The translations under genes were made by a program, and so were the position numbers. Below the pieces are notes generated by a model. The model had not been told where the DNA came from. It worked only from the letters and a program-made list of their open reading frames with translations, and did not search any database. From Basidiobolus meristosporus CBS 931.73 (lineage: Eukaryota; Fungi; Basidiobolomycota): a stretch of 64,000 nt of DNA. The DNA is taken from assembly GCA_002104905.1 (NCBI GenBank), contig MCFE01000033.1, positions 124,001-188,000 on the forward strand, in the 5' to 3' direction. Positions within the stretch are counted from its first letter, which is position 1, and the number at the start of each line of letters is the position of its first letter. Positions 48,027-59,722 of this stretch are shown here, one piece after another.

Positions 48027-49167
48027 ACCACGAATTTCTCCAGGTATCCTAACATGGATGAGCAACCAAAATTATGTGTGTATCTGTATATAGACCAGGA
48101 GTACCAGTGGTAAACTGTAAATAGCCAGAGATTATCGAATAGTATATCATGTAGAGCCCTTCTTCTCATCACTGCCAAACTTACCCTAGATCTTTATATT
48201 TACGCGCAATGAATATCACTGTGACCAATATATTATTAAATTGATAGATACCCTACATGGTTTTCATTCATACGATTACTCATCAACTAAGTTGCAGACT
48301 GGCTTAATAGCCCCATTCCAGGGTTCGTGATAGCCTTTAAAACGGGTCGTGGGTATCTACAGTCCTCCCATAACAGAAATATCCCACTGAACCAAAATGC
48401 TTAAATATGCTGCATTAGGCATGGTGTTGATCCAGCTTTAGTAAAGGTTCGAATGGATGTTGACCAATACACAATATTGGTATTTTCATAGCGGATCTCG
48501 ACAGAATAATTGATCAACCACCGCAGCCTGCAGATGGCAACCTTTAAATGTTTGTACAATGCATATAGTGCCATAAATATGGACCAACACAAGTTTATCA
48601 GTACATTATATTGGCTGACGATTTCCGTCTAACTAAATGGGCTAACAAATAAATGCAATAGTCGTGGTTTCGAAATCTTATCTTACCTAATATAATTTTG
48701 ACAACAGTGGTGTTCAAGCCTATGATGATCATTACTCAAATCATTTCGCGAGAATTCCTGGGTCCACTAAGCCATCGATCTGCAGAGCGCCACTCCTTCG
48801 CATTGGTAGATTCAAAGAAGGGGTCAATGATTTGATTGAATGATCGAACAAGCTATATCTGACCCCACGGAGTAATCCCACAATTAATGAAAATCAGGTG
48901 AGACACCTTCTTCCTGAATGGATGGGTGACAATGGAAGGATATCTCATTCTCAGTAATCTCGACCGGAGTCCAGATGGATGAAATTACCATATTCGTTTT
49001 AGCGATTCCTGTAGGAACTCCATGTGTTCCCAAGAATAAAGTTTAGCGTGTGCAGGGTAGCGTGCAACTTCACATATAAAAGAACTCCCACACCTCCATT
49101 TGAATCATCAACCTACAAGCTCAACGCATTCTAACTTCCTATTCCACATTTCTTTGTGAATATTGAA

Positions 49168-50845
49168 ATGTCTACCCACGAAGCCTCGGACCAAAAAGTC
49201 GAATCGGTCCCCGTCTCCTTGTTGCCCACCACTGTCCACGACACTTACATTGAGGATGACTGTGAGAAAAAGCAGGAGGTAACCGAAGTGACTGAGGAAA
49301 AGAAGTCGCTTTACCAACGCTGCCGCATTTACATTCATATTGCTGCTGTATTGCTCTACACTGGCTACATGATTGCCGCGTGGATTCTCCACGGAAAGAA
49401 GACCCTTGTGGCCTCCTTGCTCTGGGCTTTTGTGTGTCTGAAGATCATGTTCTACCACGTTCCTACCTCCATTGTCGCCAAGCCATTGGGCTGGTTCTTC
49501 TCTCAGCTGATCTCATTTGCCATGAGATTCTCGAGCCGAGTTCGCTGGATTGTATCTGTTGTCTTTACCGTCGGTCTGATTGTTGGTGTCACCCTGGGAC
49601 TACCCGTGCATGAAGGCCAAGGAACCCTGGTTGACAGAGTGAGATCGTTGGCCGGCTTGTTCGTGTTTGTGCTAGTGCTCTTCGCGACCTCCACCGACCG
49701 CAAGCGGATTCGTTGGGCCACTGTACTCTCGGGACTTTTGATCCAGTATCTTCTCGGTTTGTTCATCCTCAAGACCTCGGTTGGTTACGACATCTTCCAC
49801 TGGATCTCGCACATGTGCACCACCCTCCTCGAGTTCTCCAACACTGGCTTCGCTTTCATTGTTGGCGATAAGGTGGCCGCCATGGGAACGTTCGCTACTG
49901 GAGTTCTGCCAGCTGTCCTCTTCTTCGCTGCCATCGTGAAGGTCGTGTACTTCTTTGGAGGCATGCAGTGGATGGTGAAGAAGATCGCCTGGCTCATGGT
50001 CAGACTGAATGAACACCAGTGGTGCCGAGTCCACCGTAGCCGCCGCCTCGCCCTTCGTTGGTATGGGTGAATCATCATTGCTGGTTCTTCCCTTCTTGGA
50101 AACCATGACCAAGTCAGAGATCCACTCCACCATGACATCAGGATTTGCCACTATCTCCGGCTCAGTGCTGGTCGGATTCATTTCCATGGGAGTCAACCCA
50201 CAACCACTCGTCACCTCATGTGTCATGTCCGTTCCATGCGGTATGCTTATCTCCAAGATGCGCTATCCTGAGACTGGCGAGCCAGTGACCAAGGGCAAGG
50301 TTCGCATTCCACCCGCCCCCGAAGAGGAGTGTAACTTCTTGCATGCAGCTGCTAACGGAGCTGCTCAAGGTATCCACTTGGTGCTGTTGATTGCTGCCAC
50401 CGTTCTTGCCTTCATGTCACTCCTCGCCTTGGTGAACGCTTTCCTTACCTGGTTCGGCAACTTCATCAACATCGATAACTTGACTCTTCAGTTGGTCATG
50501 GGATACATCTATGTGCCATTCATCTGGTTTGTTGGTGTCGCCCAGAAGGACGTGTTGACTGTGTCTCGCTTGATGGCCACCAAGACATTCGTCAACGAGT
50601 TCGTCGCCTTCGGTGAGCTCACCACCCCAGCTGTAGCTGATGCATTGACCGCTCGCTCCAAGCATCTTGCGGTGTACTGCCTCTGTGGATTCGCCAACTT
50701 CGGATCGATCGGTATTCAGATCGGATCATTGGGATCCATGGCACCCTCCCGCAAACAAGATCTTGCCGAACTATCATTCTCGGCCATGTTGTGTGGCACC
50801 ATGTCAACCTTGATGAGTGCTAACATCGCCGGATTGTTGATGTAA
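49168..50845 (+). CDS. CNT: CNT copy 3; apparent +1 insertion near 50008
   Basis: Near-identical to copies 2 and 4. Confidence 0.9.
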
Positions 50846-51907
50846 GCTCTGACTCTCTAATTGTCGAGGTTTCTATCTATATCGACCGGAAAGAATGATG
50901 GAAATGGTGTCGATCTGTAAATAGCCCTAGTTCTATATTCTTTATTCGGGGTATTTGTGAAGTATACTATATAGAGTACCTGTTCATATCTCTCTTTGCT
51001 TTGTTTCGTTTATGCCATAACTCAAAAATTAAACTGATTAGTAACATACCTACTGACTTGGTATTCGCCTCTGTTTCCCAGCAGCCAATAGTAGATCCGA
51101 GATCTTTCATCCAACCAAACTTATTTCGATTTAATGGCCGATTTCGCAAACTGATAATCAAGCGATATGCCAATCGTGTAAATATGGTTTCGCAACATGC
51201 CCATACATTGTAGTTCCATGTCAATGATATCAATCAGACTAAGTAGACACGGACTTGTATGTGGTGTTGGTATGAAAATTATCCTGCTTGTAAATAGACA
51301 GACTCGGTTCAAAGCAAAAAACATCACTAAAGGAGGTTCATATAAATCCGATATATTGTTGCCGTCTGGCCAAATGCACCAAAGCCTGCGCCCATTCCTA
51401 TCACTTTGTGCCATAGAAAGCTACTAAATCCCATTTGTGGTAAGGCCAATGATGGTCGGTACTGAAATCATGTCACGAGAATTCCTGTTGCCACCAAGCC
51501 ATGAAGCTACAAAACGCCACGCCCTCGCATTGGTGGATGGTTGGAAGTTGCCAATCTAGTTTCAGCAGTGGATTTGATTGAATGATCGAACAAGCTATAT
51601 CTGACCCCAGGCAGTAATCCTATATTTGATGAAACTCAGGTGACACGGAATTCTGGAATGGATGGGTAAGAATCGAAAGAAATCTTACTCGGAGTAATCT
51701 CGAACGGAGTCCAGATGGATGAAATTACCATATTCGTTTTAGCGGTTCCTGTGGGAACTCTATGTGTTCCCAAGAATAAAGTTTAGCGTGTGCAGGGTAG
51801 CGTGCAACTTCACATATAAAAGAACTCCCACACCTCCATTCGAATCATCAACCTACAAGCTCAACGCATTCTAACTTCCTATTCCACATTTCTTTGTGAA
51901 TATTGAA

Positions 51908-53585
51908 ATGTCTACCCACGAAGTCTCGGACCAAAAAGTCGAATCGGTCCCCGTCTCCTTGTTGCCCACCACTGTCCACGACACTTACATCGAGGATGAC
52001 TGTGAGAAAAAGCGGGAGGTAACTGAAGTGACTGAGGAAAAGAAGTCGCTTTACCAACGCTGCCGCATTTACATTCATATTGCCGCTGTATTGCTCTACA
52101 CTGGCTACATGATTGCCGCGTGGATTCTCCATGGAAAGAAGACCCTTGTGGCCTCCTTGCTCTGGGCTTTTGTGTGTCTTAAGATCATGTTCTACCACGT
52201 TCCTACCTCCATTGTCGCCAAGCCATTGGGCTGGTTCTTCTCTCAGCTGATCTCATTTGCCATGAGATTCTCGAGCCGAGTTCGCTGGATTGTATCTGTT
52301 GTCTTCACCGTCGGTCTGATTGTTGGTGTCACCCTGGGACTACCCGTGCATGAAGGCCAAGGAACCTTGGTTGACAGAGTGAGATCGTTAGCCGGCTTGT
52401 TCGTGTTTGTGCTAGTGCTCTTCGCGACCTCCACCGACCGCAAGCGGATTCGTTGGGCCACTGTACTCTCGGGACTTTTGATCCAGTATCTTCTTGGTTT
52501 GTTCATCCTCAAGACCTCGGTTGGTTACGACATCTTCCACTGGATCTCGCACATGTGCACCACCCTCCTCGAGTTCTCCAACACTGGCTTCGCTTTCATT
52601 GTTGGCGATAAGGTAGCCGCCATGGGAACGTTCGCTACTGGAGTTCTGCCAGCTGTCCTCTTCTTCGCTGCCATCGTGAAGGTCGTGTACTTCTTTGGAG
52701 GCATGCAGTGGATGGTGAAGAAGATCGCCTGGCTCATGGTCAGACTGATGAACACCAGTGGTGCCGAGTCCACCGTAGCCGCCGCCTCGCCCTTCGTTGG
52801 TATGGGTGAATCATCATTGCTGGTTCTTCCCTTCTTGGAAACCATGACCAAGTCAGAGATCCACTCCACCATGACATCAGGATTTGCCACCATCTCCGGC
52901 TCAGTGCTGGTCGGATTCATTTCCATGGGAGTCAACCCACAACCACTCGTCACCTCATGTGTCATGTCAGTTCCATGTGGTATGCTTATCTCCAAGATGC
53001 GCTATCCTGAGACTGGTGAGCCGGTGACCAAGGGCAAGGTTCGCATTCCACCCGCCCCCGAAGAGGAGTGTAACTTCTTGCATGCAGCTGCTAACGGAGC
53101 TGCTCAAGGTATCCACTTGGTGCTGTTGATTGCTGCCACCGTTCTTGCCTTCATGTCACTCCTTGCCTTGGTGAACGCTTTCCTTACCTGGTTTGGCAAC
53201 TTCATCAACATCGATAACTTGACTCTTCAGTTGGTCATGGGATACATCTATGTGCCATTCATCTGGTTTGTTGGTGTCGCCCAGAAAGGACGTGTTGACT
53301 GTGTCTCGCTTGATGGCCACCAAGACATTCGTCAACGAGTTCGTCGCCTTCGGTGAGCTCACCACCCCAGCTGTAGCTGATGCATTGACCGCTCGCTCCA
53401 AGCATCTTGCGGTGTACTGCCTCTGTGGATTCGCCAACTTCGGATCGATTGGTATTCAGATCGGATCATTGGGATCCATGGCACCCTCCCGCAAACAAGA
53501 TCTTGCCGAACTATCGTTCTCAGCCATGTTGTGTGGCACCATGTCAACCTTGATGAGTGCCAACATTGCGGGGTTGCTGATGTAA
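51908..53585 (+). CDS. CNT: CNT copy 4; apparent +1 insertion near 53286
   Basis: Near-identical to copies 2 and 3. Confidence 0.9.
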
Positions 53586-55109
53586 ACTGTGCCTTTACTT
53601 GGAAAGCGCAAACATTGCTTCACTAATCAGCCAGATAGAGCGATGGAAAGAGTGTACATAGCCAGAATTTATCCATCAACAAAAATTTCCCAGCAAAATA
53701 GTATATTTTATAGAAAAACGATTTACAGCTTACCATATATACATATATATATACCCTGACCCATTATTTGCCACATATTTGAATTCCACTACCCCTTATA
53801 CATAAATAAATTGTTTAGTACTCTACTTCTCTGCATTCTCGTTACGTCCATTATTCACCACAAGTAGGATGGCTACTAAACCCGCTATTTTAAAGCAGGA
53901 GTTTCATGTTTGCCCTCTTGTGGTTATCAGCGTTATCTTACAATAGATATGCCTCCTCAGCCAACAATTTCTTTAACTTTGATCAGGTCGTAAAGAAATT
54001 AAACCCTAGAAGATGAGCAATGTAGTTTGCTTCTACCTCATTGTGTAAGTAAATCAACACGTGAAGGTTTCAACCGAAGGCACCCACTTATTTTACGTCC
54101 TCTATATCTTTTCACAATGTCAAATTTTTTGGAATTAGTGAGCCTTTCACAGGACTGCGCAGAGCATACACACAAGTTCGTCTTGATGTCATTAAGGACC
54201 CAGCCAAGAATCAATTAACAAGTAGTGCATTCATCGTTACTGGATCCGCACCACAGTTACCAACATATCTGGGTTACCCCCACACGTTAAGGGTTTGCAA
54301 TTTAGGCTAACTGATTCCGCCAGCTTAGGGCAAACGCGGTATTAAAAGACATCTAATGCCCCTTTATGTAGTCAACATGTCGGAAAAGATTTGTTTTTTA
54401 TCGTTTCATATGGTAATACATTACAAGAATCCCTGGCCTTAGGAATTTGTTTAGAGTATAGAAAAATCCAGCGGCCACTTGAGGCGAAGGTTGAACCCAT
54501 GATTGATGGAGAATATTAATGCTTACGCCTTGAGCAAAAGCGTACTCCAGGTGGGTGCATTTGTCGTCTGATCTAATCTACTGACCAAATATCCGTAATC
54601 TTATCTTGCTCGATAGAATGCAGATATTGCCTGATGCAAAGTAACCAAGTATGCGGTAAGGCCAATGATAATCAATAATCAAATCATATCGCGAAAATAT
54701 CTGTTATCACGACGTGTTGGATTTGATAAAAAGTCCTCATTGGTGGGCTTAAGACAGTTGGTAACTTGACCTCGGCATCTAATCCACTCGAATCAACAAA
54801 TTAAGTATATCTAACCTCATACAGTCAATATGAATTTGGTAACTGACATTTGAGACAACAATTTACCAAAATGATCGTTGATAATTGGAAGAAATCCCCA
54901 TTCAGATTAATCTCGACCGGAGTCCAGGTGCGAGAAATTCCCATATTCGTCCGGCTACTTCAAGTGGGAACTCCCTGTTTACCGAGGAAATAAAGTTAGG
55001 TGTGCGTGATGAAGCGTACATTAGCGAATATAAAAGAACTCCAAGGTCGCACCTTCAATCTTCAAACCACAGGCTCTGCGTACTCTACCGACCCAACCTT
55101 GCTTTCCGT

Positions 55110-56796
55110 ATGGAGATTGAAATGACAGTTCGCGAAGACCCGGATCAAAAGGTTGAATCTGTTCCCGTCTCTTTGCTGCCTACCACTGTTCATGATACTT
55201 ATATCGACGACGAATGCGAGAAAAAAAAGGCCAGCGAGGAACCTGTGGTTGAAAAAACATTGTATCAGCGCTACCGACTTTACCTTCATATTGCTGCTGT
55301 ACTGCTCTACACTGGTTACATGATTGCCGCATGGATTCTTCACGGAAAGAAGACCCTTGTGGCCTCCTTGCTCTGGGCCTTTGTTTGTCTGAAGATCATG
55401 TTCTACCATGTCCCTACCACCATTCTCACGAAGCCATTGGGCTGGTTCTTCTCTCGGCTGATCTCATTTGCCATGAGATTCCCAAGTCGAGTTCGCTGGA
55501 TTGTATCTGTTGCCTTCACTGTGGGTCTAATTGTTGGGGTCACTCTGGGATTACCTGTGCATAAGGGTCAAGGAACCCTAGTCGACAGAGTGAGGTCGTT
55601 GGCCGGCATGTGTGTGTTTGTGCTAGGGCTCTACGCTACCTCCACTGACCGCAAGCGGATTCGTTGGGCCACTGTGCTCGCTGGTATTTTGATCCAGTAT
55701 CTTCTCGGTTTGTTCATCCTCAAGACCTCGGTTGGTTACGACATCTTCCACTGGATTTCCAATCTGTGTACGACACTCCTTGAATTCTCCAACACTGGCT
55801 TCGCTTTCATTGTTGGTGATAAGGTGGCTGCTATGGGAACATTCGCCACCTCAGTTTTACCAGCAGTCCTGTTCTTTGCCTCCATTGTGAAGATTGTGTA
55901 CTATTTCGGAGGAATGCAATGGATGGTCAAGAAGATCGCCTGGCTCATGGTCAGACTGATGAACACCAGTGGTGCCGAGTCCACCAGTAGCCGCTGCCTC
56001 CCCCTTCGTTGGTATGGGTGAATCATCATTGCTGGTCCTTCCCTTCCTGGAATCCATGACCAAATCGGAGATTCATTCTACCATGACCTCGGGATTTGCC
56101 ACTATCTCCGGATCAGTGTTGGTCGGATTCATTTCCATGGGAGTCCATCCGCAACCACTTGTCACCTCATGTGTCATGTCCGTCCCATGCGGTATGCTTA
56201 TTGCTAAGATGCGCTACCCCGAAACTGGTGAGCCAGTGACCAAGGGCAAGGTTCGCATTCCACCCGCCCCCGAGGAGGAGTGTAACTTCTTGCATGCAGC
56301 ATCCAACGGAGCTGCGCAAGGTATCCACTTGGTGCTGTTGATTGCTGCCACCGTTCTTGCCTTCATGTCACTCCTCGCCTTGGTGAACGCTTTCCTTACC
56401 TGGTTTGGCAACTTTATCGATATTGACCACCTGACTCTTCAGTTGGTCATGGGATACATCTATGTGCCATTCATCTGGTTTGTTGGTGTCGCCCAGAAGG
56501 ACGTGTTGACTGTGTCTCGCTTGATGGCCACCAAGACATTCGTCAACGAGTTCGTCGCCTTCGGTGAACTTACCACCCCAGCCATCGCTGATTCCTTGAC
56601 TGACCGCTCCAAGCATCTTGCGGTGTACTGCCTCTGTGGATTCGCCAACTTCGGATCGATTGGTATTCAGATCGGATCATTGGGTTCCATGGCGCCTTCC
56701 CGCAAACAAGATCTTGCCGAACTATCGTTCTCAGCCATGTTGTGTGGCACCATGTCGACCTTAATGAGTGCCAACATTGCAGGAATGTTGATGTAG
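55110..56796 (+). CDS. CNT: CNT copy 5; apparent +1 insertion near 55986
   Basis: MEIEMTVRE start; same motifs; TATAAAAG near 55029. Confidence 0.9.
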
Positions 56797-57449
56797 ACGA
56801 ACGGCCATAAGAAATGCAATCATCGCAGGCATTGCTGTATAATTCGAGCAGAAAGAACGATGGATATAGTGTAGATCTGTAAATAGCTGAATTTAATATC
56901 ATGAACAATAGATTCCAACATATTCTATATGGAACGCCCGCTTATTCCTCACCTTTACATGGCTCTGTTTCGTATATGTCAGGAATTTCACTACAATTGA
57001 TACATAATTAAATCGATTAGTACTGTACGTCGCGCCTTCAGTTACCAATCGAGCATCATCTTATCTGTATCCTGGAGATATCCTGGTATCGTGCTTGATG
57101 TCTACCTATATGTCAAGTCCGATAGTTGCCTAGCATCAAATCATTGCGCTTGGATACGAGTGGTAACAAATCACAAAGCGCACCTTCTCTCAAACATCCG
57201 AACCGCACTGATATGGCAAATCTAAATATACATAAATGTCTGTAATATGATTTTTTTGCTAGTCCAGATGCTCTATGTTACCATTTATTGCCACCAAGTT
57301 CCGATCAGAATTCCGCTGGAGCTACCAAAATAAAATTAAGCGTGTGTTGAGTAACGTACGCTCGAAACTATAAAAGGGCATCAAGTGGTGTAGCTCCTTA
57401 AGCAGATCACAAACTCCACTCTTTTTACCCTAAACGTTATAACATTCCC

Positions 57450-59132
57450 ATGGATTTAGAAATGTCAACTCGGGAAAACCAGGATCAGAAGGTTGAATCC
57501 GTTCCTGCTTCTCTATTGCCTACCAACGTCCATGAAACCTTTGTTGAAGACGAGTCGGAGAAGAAAAAGAGTTCGGAGCAAGTGGTGAAGCCTACACTGT
57601 ATCAGCGCTACCGACTTTACATTCACATTGCTGCTGTGCTTCTCTACACCGGTTATATTATTGCCGCATGGATTCTCCACGGCAGACAGAGTCTCGTGGC
57701 CTCCTTGCTCTGGGCATTTGTTTGCCTTAAGATCATGTTTTACCATGTCCCTACTACCATTCTCACAACACCATTGGGCTGGTTCTTCACCTTCTGGATC
57801 GACTTTGCCATGAAATTCTCGCTGAGGGTGCGCTGGATAGTCTCCCTTGTTTTCACTGTGGCCTTGATTGTTGGTGTGACATTGGGATTGCCAGTGGATG
57901 AGAGCAAAGGTACCCTAGCTCAAAGAGGTCGATCATTAGGCGGCTTGTGCGTTTTCATTATCGTACTCTATGTCACATCGAAGGATCGCAAAAAGATTCG
58001 TTGGGCCACTGTCATTGTTGGAGTCCTTATGCAATATCTTCTTGGCCTGTTCATCCTCAAGACTTCTGTCGGTTATGACATCTTCAACTGGTTGTCACAT
58101 CTGTGTACCACACTCCTTGATTTCTCCAACACTGGTATGGCGTTCATCGTTGGTGACAAGGTGGCCAATTCAGGATCATTCGCCACCGCAGTTTTACCAG
58201 CAGTTCTATTCTTCGCTTCTATCGTCAAGATTGTTTACTTTCTTGGAGGTATGCAATGGATTGTCAGTAAGATTGCCTGGTTCATGGTTAGAGTAATGAG
58301 TACCAGCGGTGCTGAATCCACTGTTGCTGCGGCTTCGCCTTTTGTTGGTCAGGGAGAATCGTCATTACTGGTACTTCCATTCTTGGAAACCATGACCAAA
58401 TCGGAGATTCATTCTACCATGACATCTGGCTTTGCCACCATTTCTGGATCAGTATTGGTTGGATTCATCTCCATGGGTGCCGACCCGCAGACACTCATTA
58501 CCTCATGTGTCATGTCAACTCCATGCGGTTTAGCCATCTCTAAGATGCGTATTCCTGAGACTGGGGAGCCAGTTACAAAAGGAAAGGTTCATATTCCACA
58601 AACAGAGGAGAAGGAATCTAATTTCCTACACGCTGCGGCCAACGGTGCCGCTCAAGGTATTCATCTGGCGCTTTTGATTGCGGCCACCGTTCTTGCCTTC
58701 ATGTCGCTGCTAGCCTTGGTGAACGCATTCCTTACCTGGTTTGGCCGCTTTATTAACATCGAGCAGTTAACCCTTCAGTTGATCATGGGATACATCTATG
58801 TTCCATTCATCTGGTTTGTTGGTATTCCCCAAGAAAATGTGTTGACTGTTTCTCGCTTGATGGCCACCAAGACATTCGTCAACGAGTTCGTCGCCTTCGG
58901 TGAGCTCACCACCCCAGCCATTGCCGACGTATTACTCCCTCGCTCCAAGCATCTTGCGGTGTACTGTCTCTGTGGATTCGCCAACTTCGGATCAATCGGT
59001 ATTCAAATCGGAGCATTGGGATCGATGGCCCCTTCACGTAGACAGGATCTTGCCGAACTGGCGTTCTCGGCCATGTTGTGCGGTACCATGTCGACCTTGA
59101 TGAGCGCTACCATCGCTGGTATGCTAATGTAG
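57450..59132 (+). CDS. CNT: CNT copy 6, intact 560 aa
   Basis: Uninterrupted ORF; ASPFVGQGES. Confidence 0.96.
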   Translation: MDLEMSTRENQDQKVESVPASLLPTNVHETFVEDESEKKKSSEQVVKPTLYQRYRLYIHIAAVLLYTGYIIAAWILHGRQSLVASLLWAFVCLKIMFYHVPTTILTTPLGWFFTFWIDFAMKFSLRVRWIVSLVFTVALIVGVTLGLPVDESKGTLAQRGRSLGGLCVFIIVLYVTSKDRKKIRWATVIVGVLMQYLLGLFILKTSVGYDIFNWLSHLCTTLLDFSNTGMAFIVGDKVANSGSFATAVLPAVLFFASIVKIVYFLGGMQWIVSKIAWFMVRVMSTSGAESTVAAASPFVGQGESSLLVLPFLETMTKSEIHSTMTSGFATISGSVLVGFISMGADPQTLITSCVMSTPCGLAISKMRIPETGEPVTKGKVHIPQTEEKESNFLHAAANGAAQGIHLALLIAATVLAFMSLLALVNAFLTWFGRFINIEQLTLQLIMGYIYVPFIWFVGIPQENVLTVSRLMATKTFVNEFVAFGELTTPAIADVLLPRSKHLAVYCLCGFANFGSIGIQIGALGSMAPSRRQDLAELAFSAMLCGTMSTLMSATIAGMLM

Positions 59133-59722
59133 GCTACGGTTTTCTTGAAGATCTGTATATAGTATCAAATCATCAATATCTTTAAATCAAATTTTAATTA
59201 TCCAACGGTAGTTTTAATAATTATGTTACATACACCTTAATATTAACACCTGTACATATCACCAGTAAATATAACCACTCATTCATTTCACATTTACATT
59301 TCCGTATCTGTTTTGTCACTTTTTCTGATTCGGATTCATTTTGTTTTTTGGTTTCCATTTCTAAAAATATCCTAGTGCCTGAAGGAGATACTGATTTTCG
59401 GATAACACTGAAAATCCGAATATCCGCACAAATCCTTGCGGTTTTCCCAATTTTTTTCCACTGCAATCGACAATCGCCAATCTAGAAAGAATTCGTGGAA
59501 TTCAGGTGACAGCCAGATATGGTAATAACAGCTTTCTGGAATGGCTCGCATACCAAATCAGGGATATTTCCAGGGTTCAATTTAGGGATTGCCAAAAATG
59601 TTGCAATAATTATATTATGGTTTGTGGTTGGTGTGGTGCTAGGACATATGATTTTCGCTGCAGCAGAATCAAAATTTACATTGTACAACGAGATTCATCG
59701 GAATGCTATAGATGAGGACAGC

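Noticed and set aside
54885-55109. N-terminal extension of CNT copy 5 from a TTG start
   Set aside because: It spans the promoter and TATA box; the paralogs start at the MEIEM-equivalent Met
44815-55990. Programmed ribosomal frameshifting in CNT copies 1-5
   Set aside because: The five sites differ, there is no shared slippery sequence, and copies 6-7 are intact
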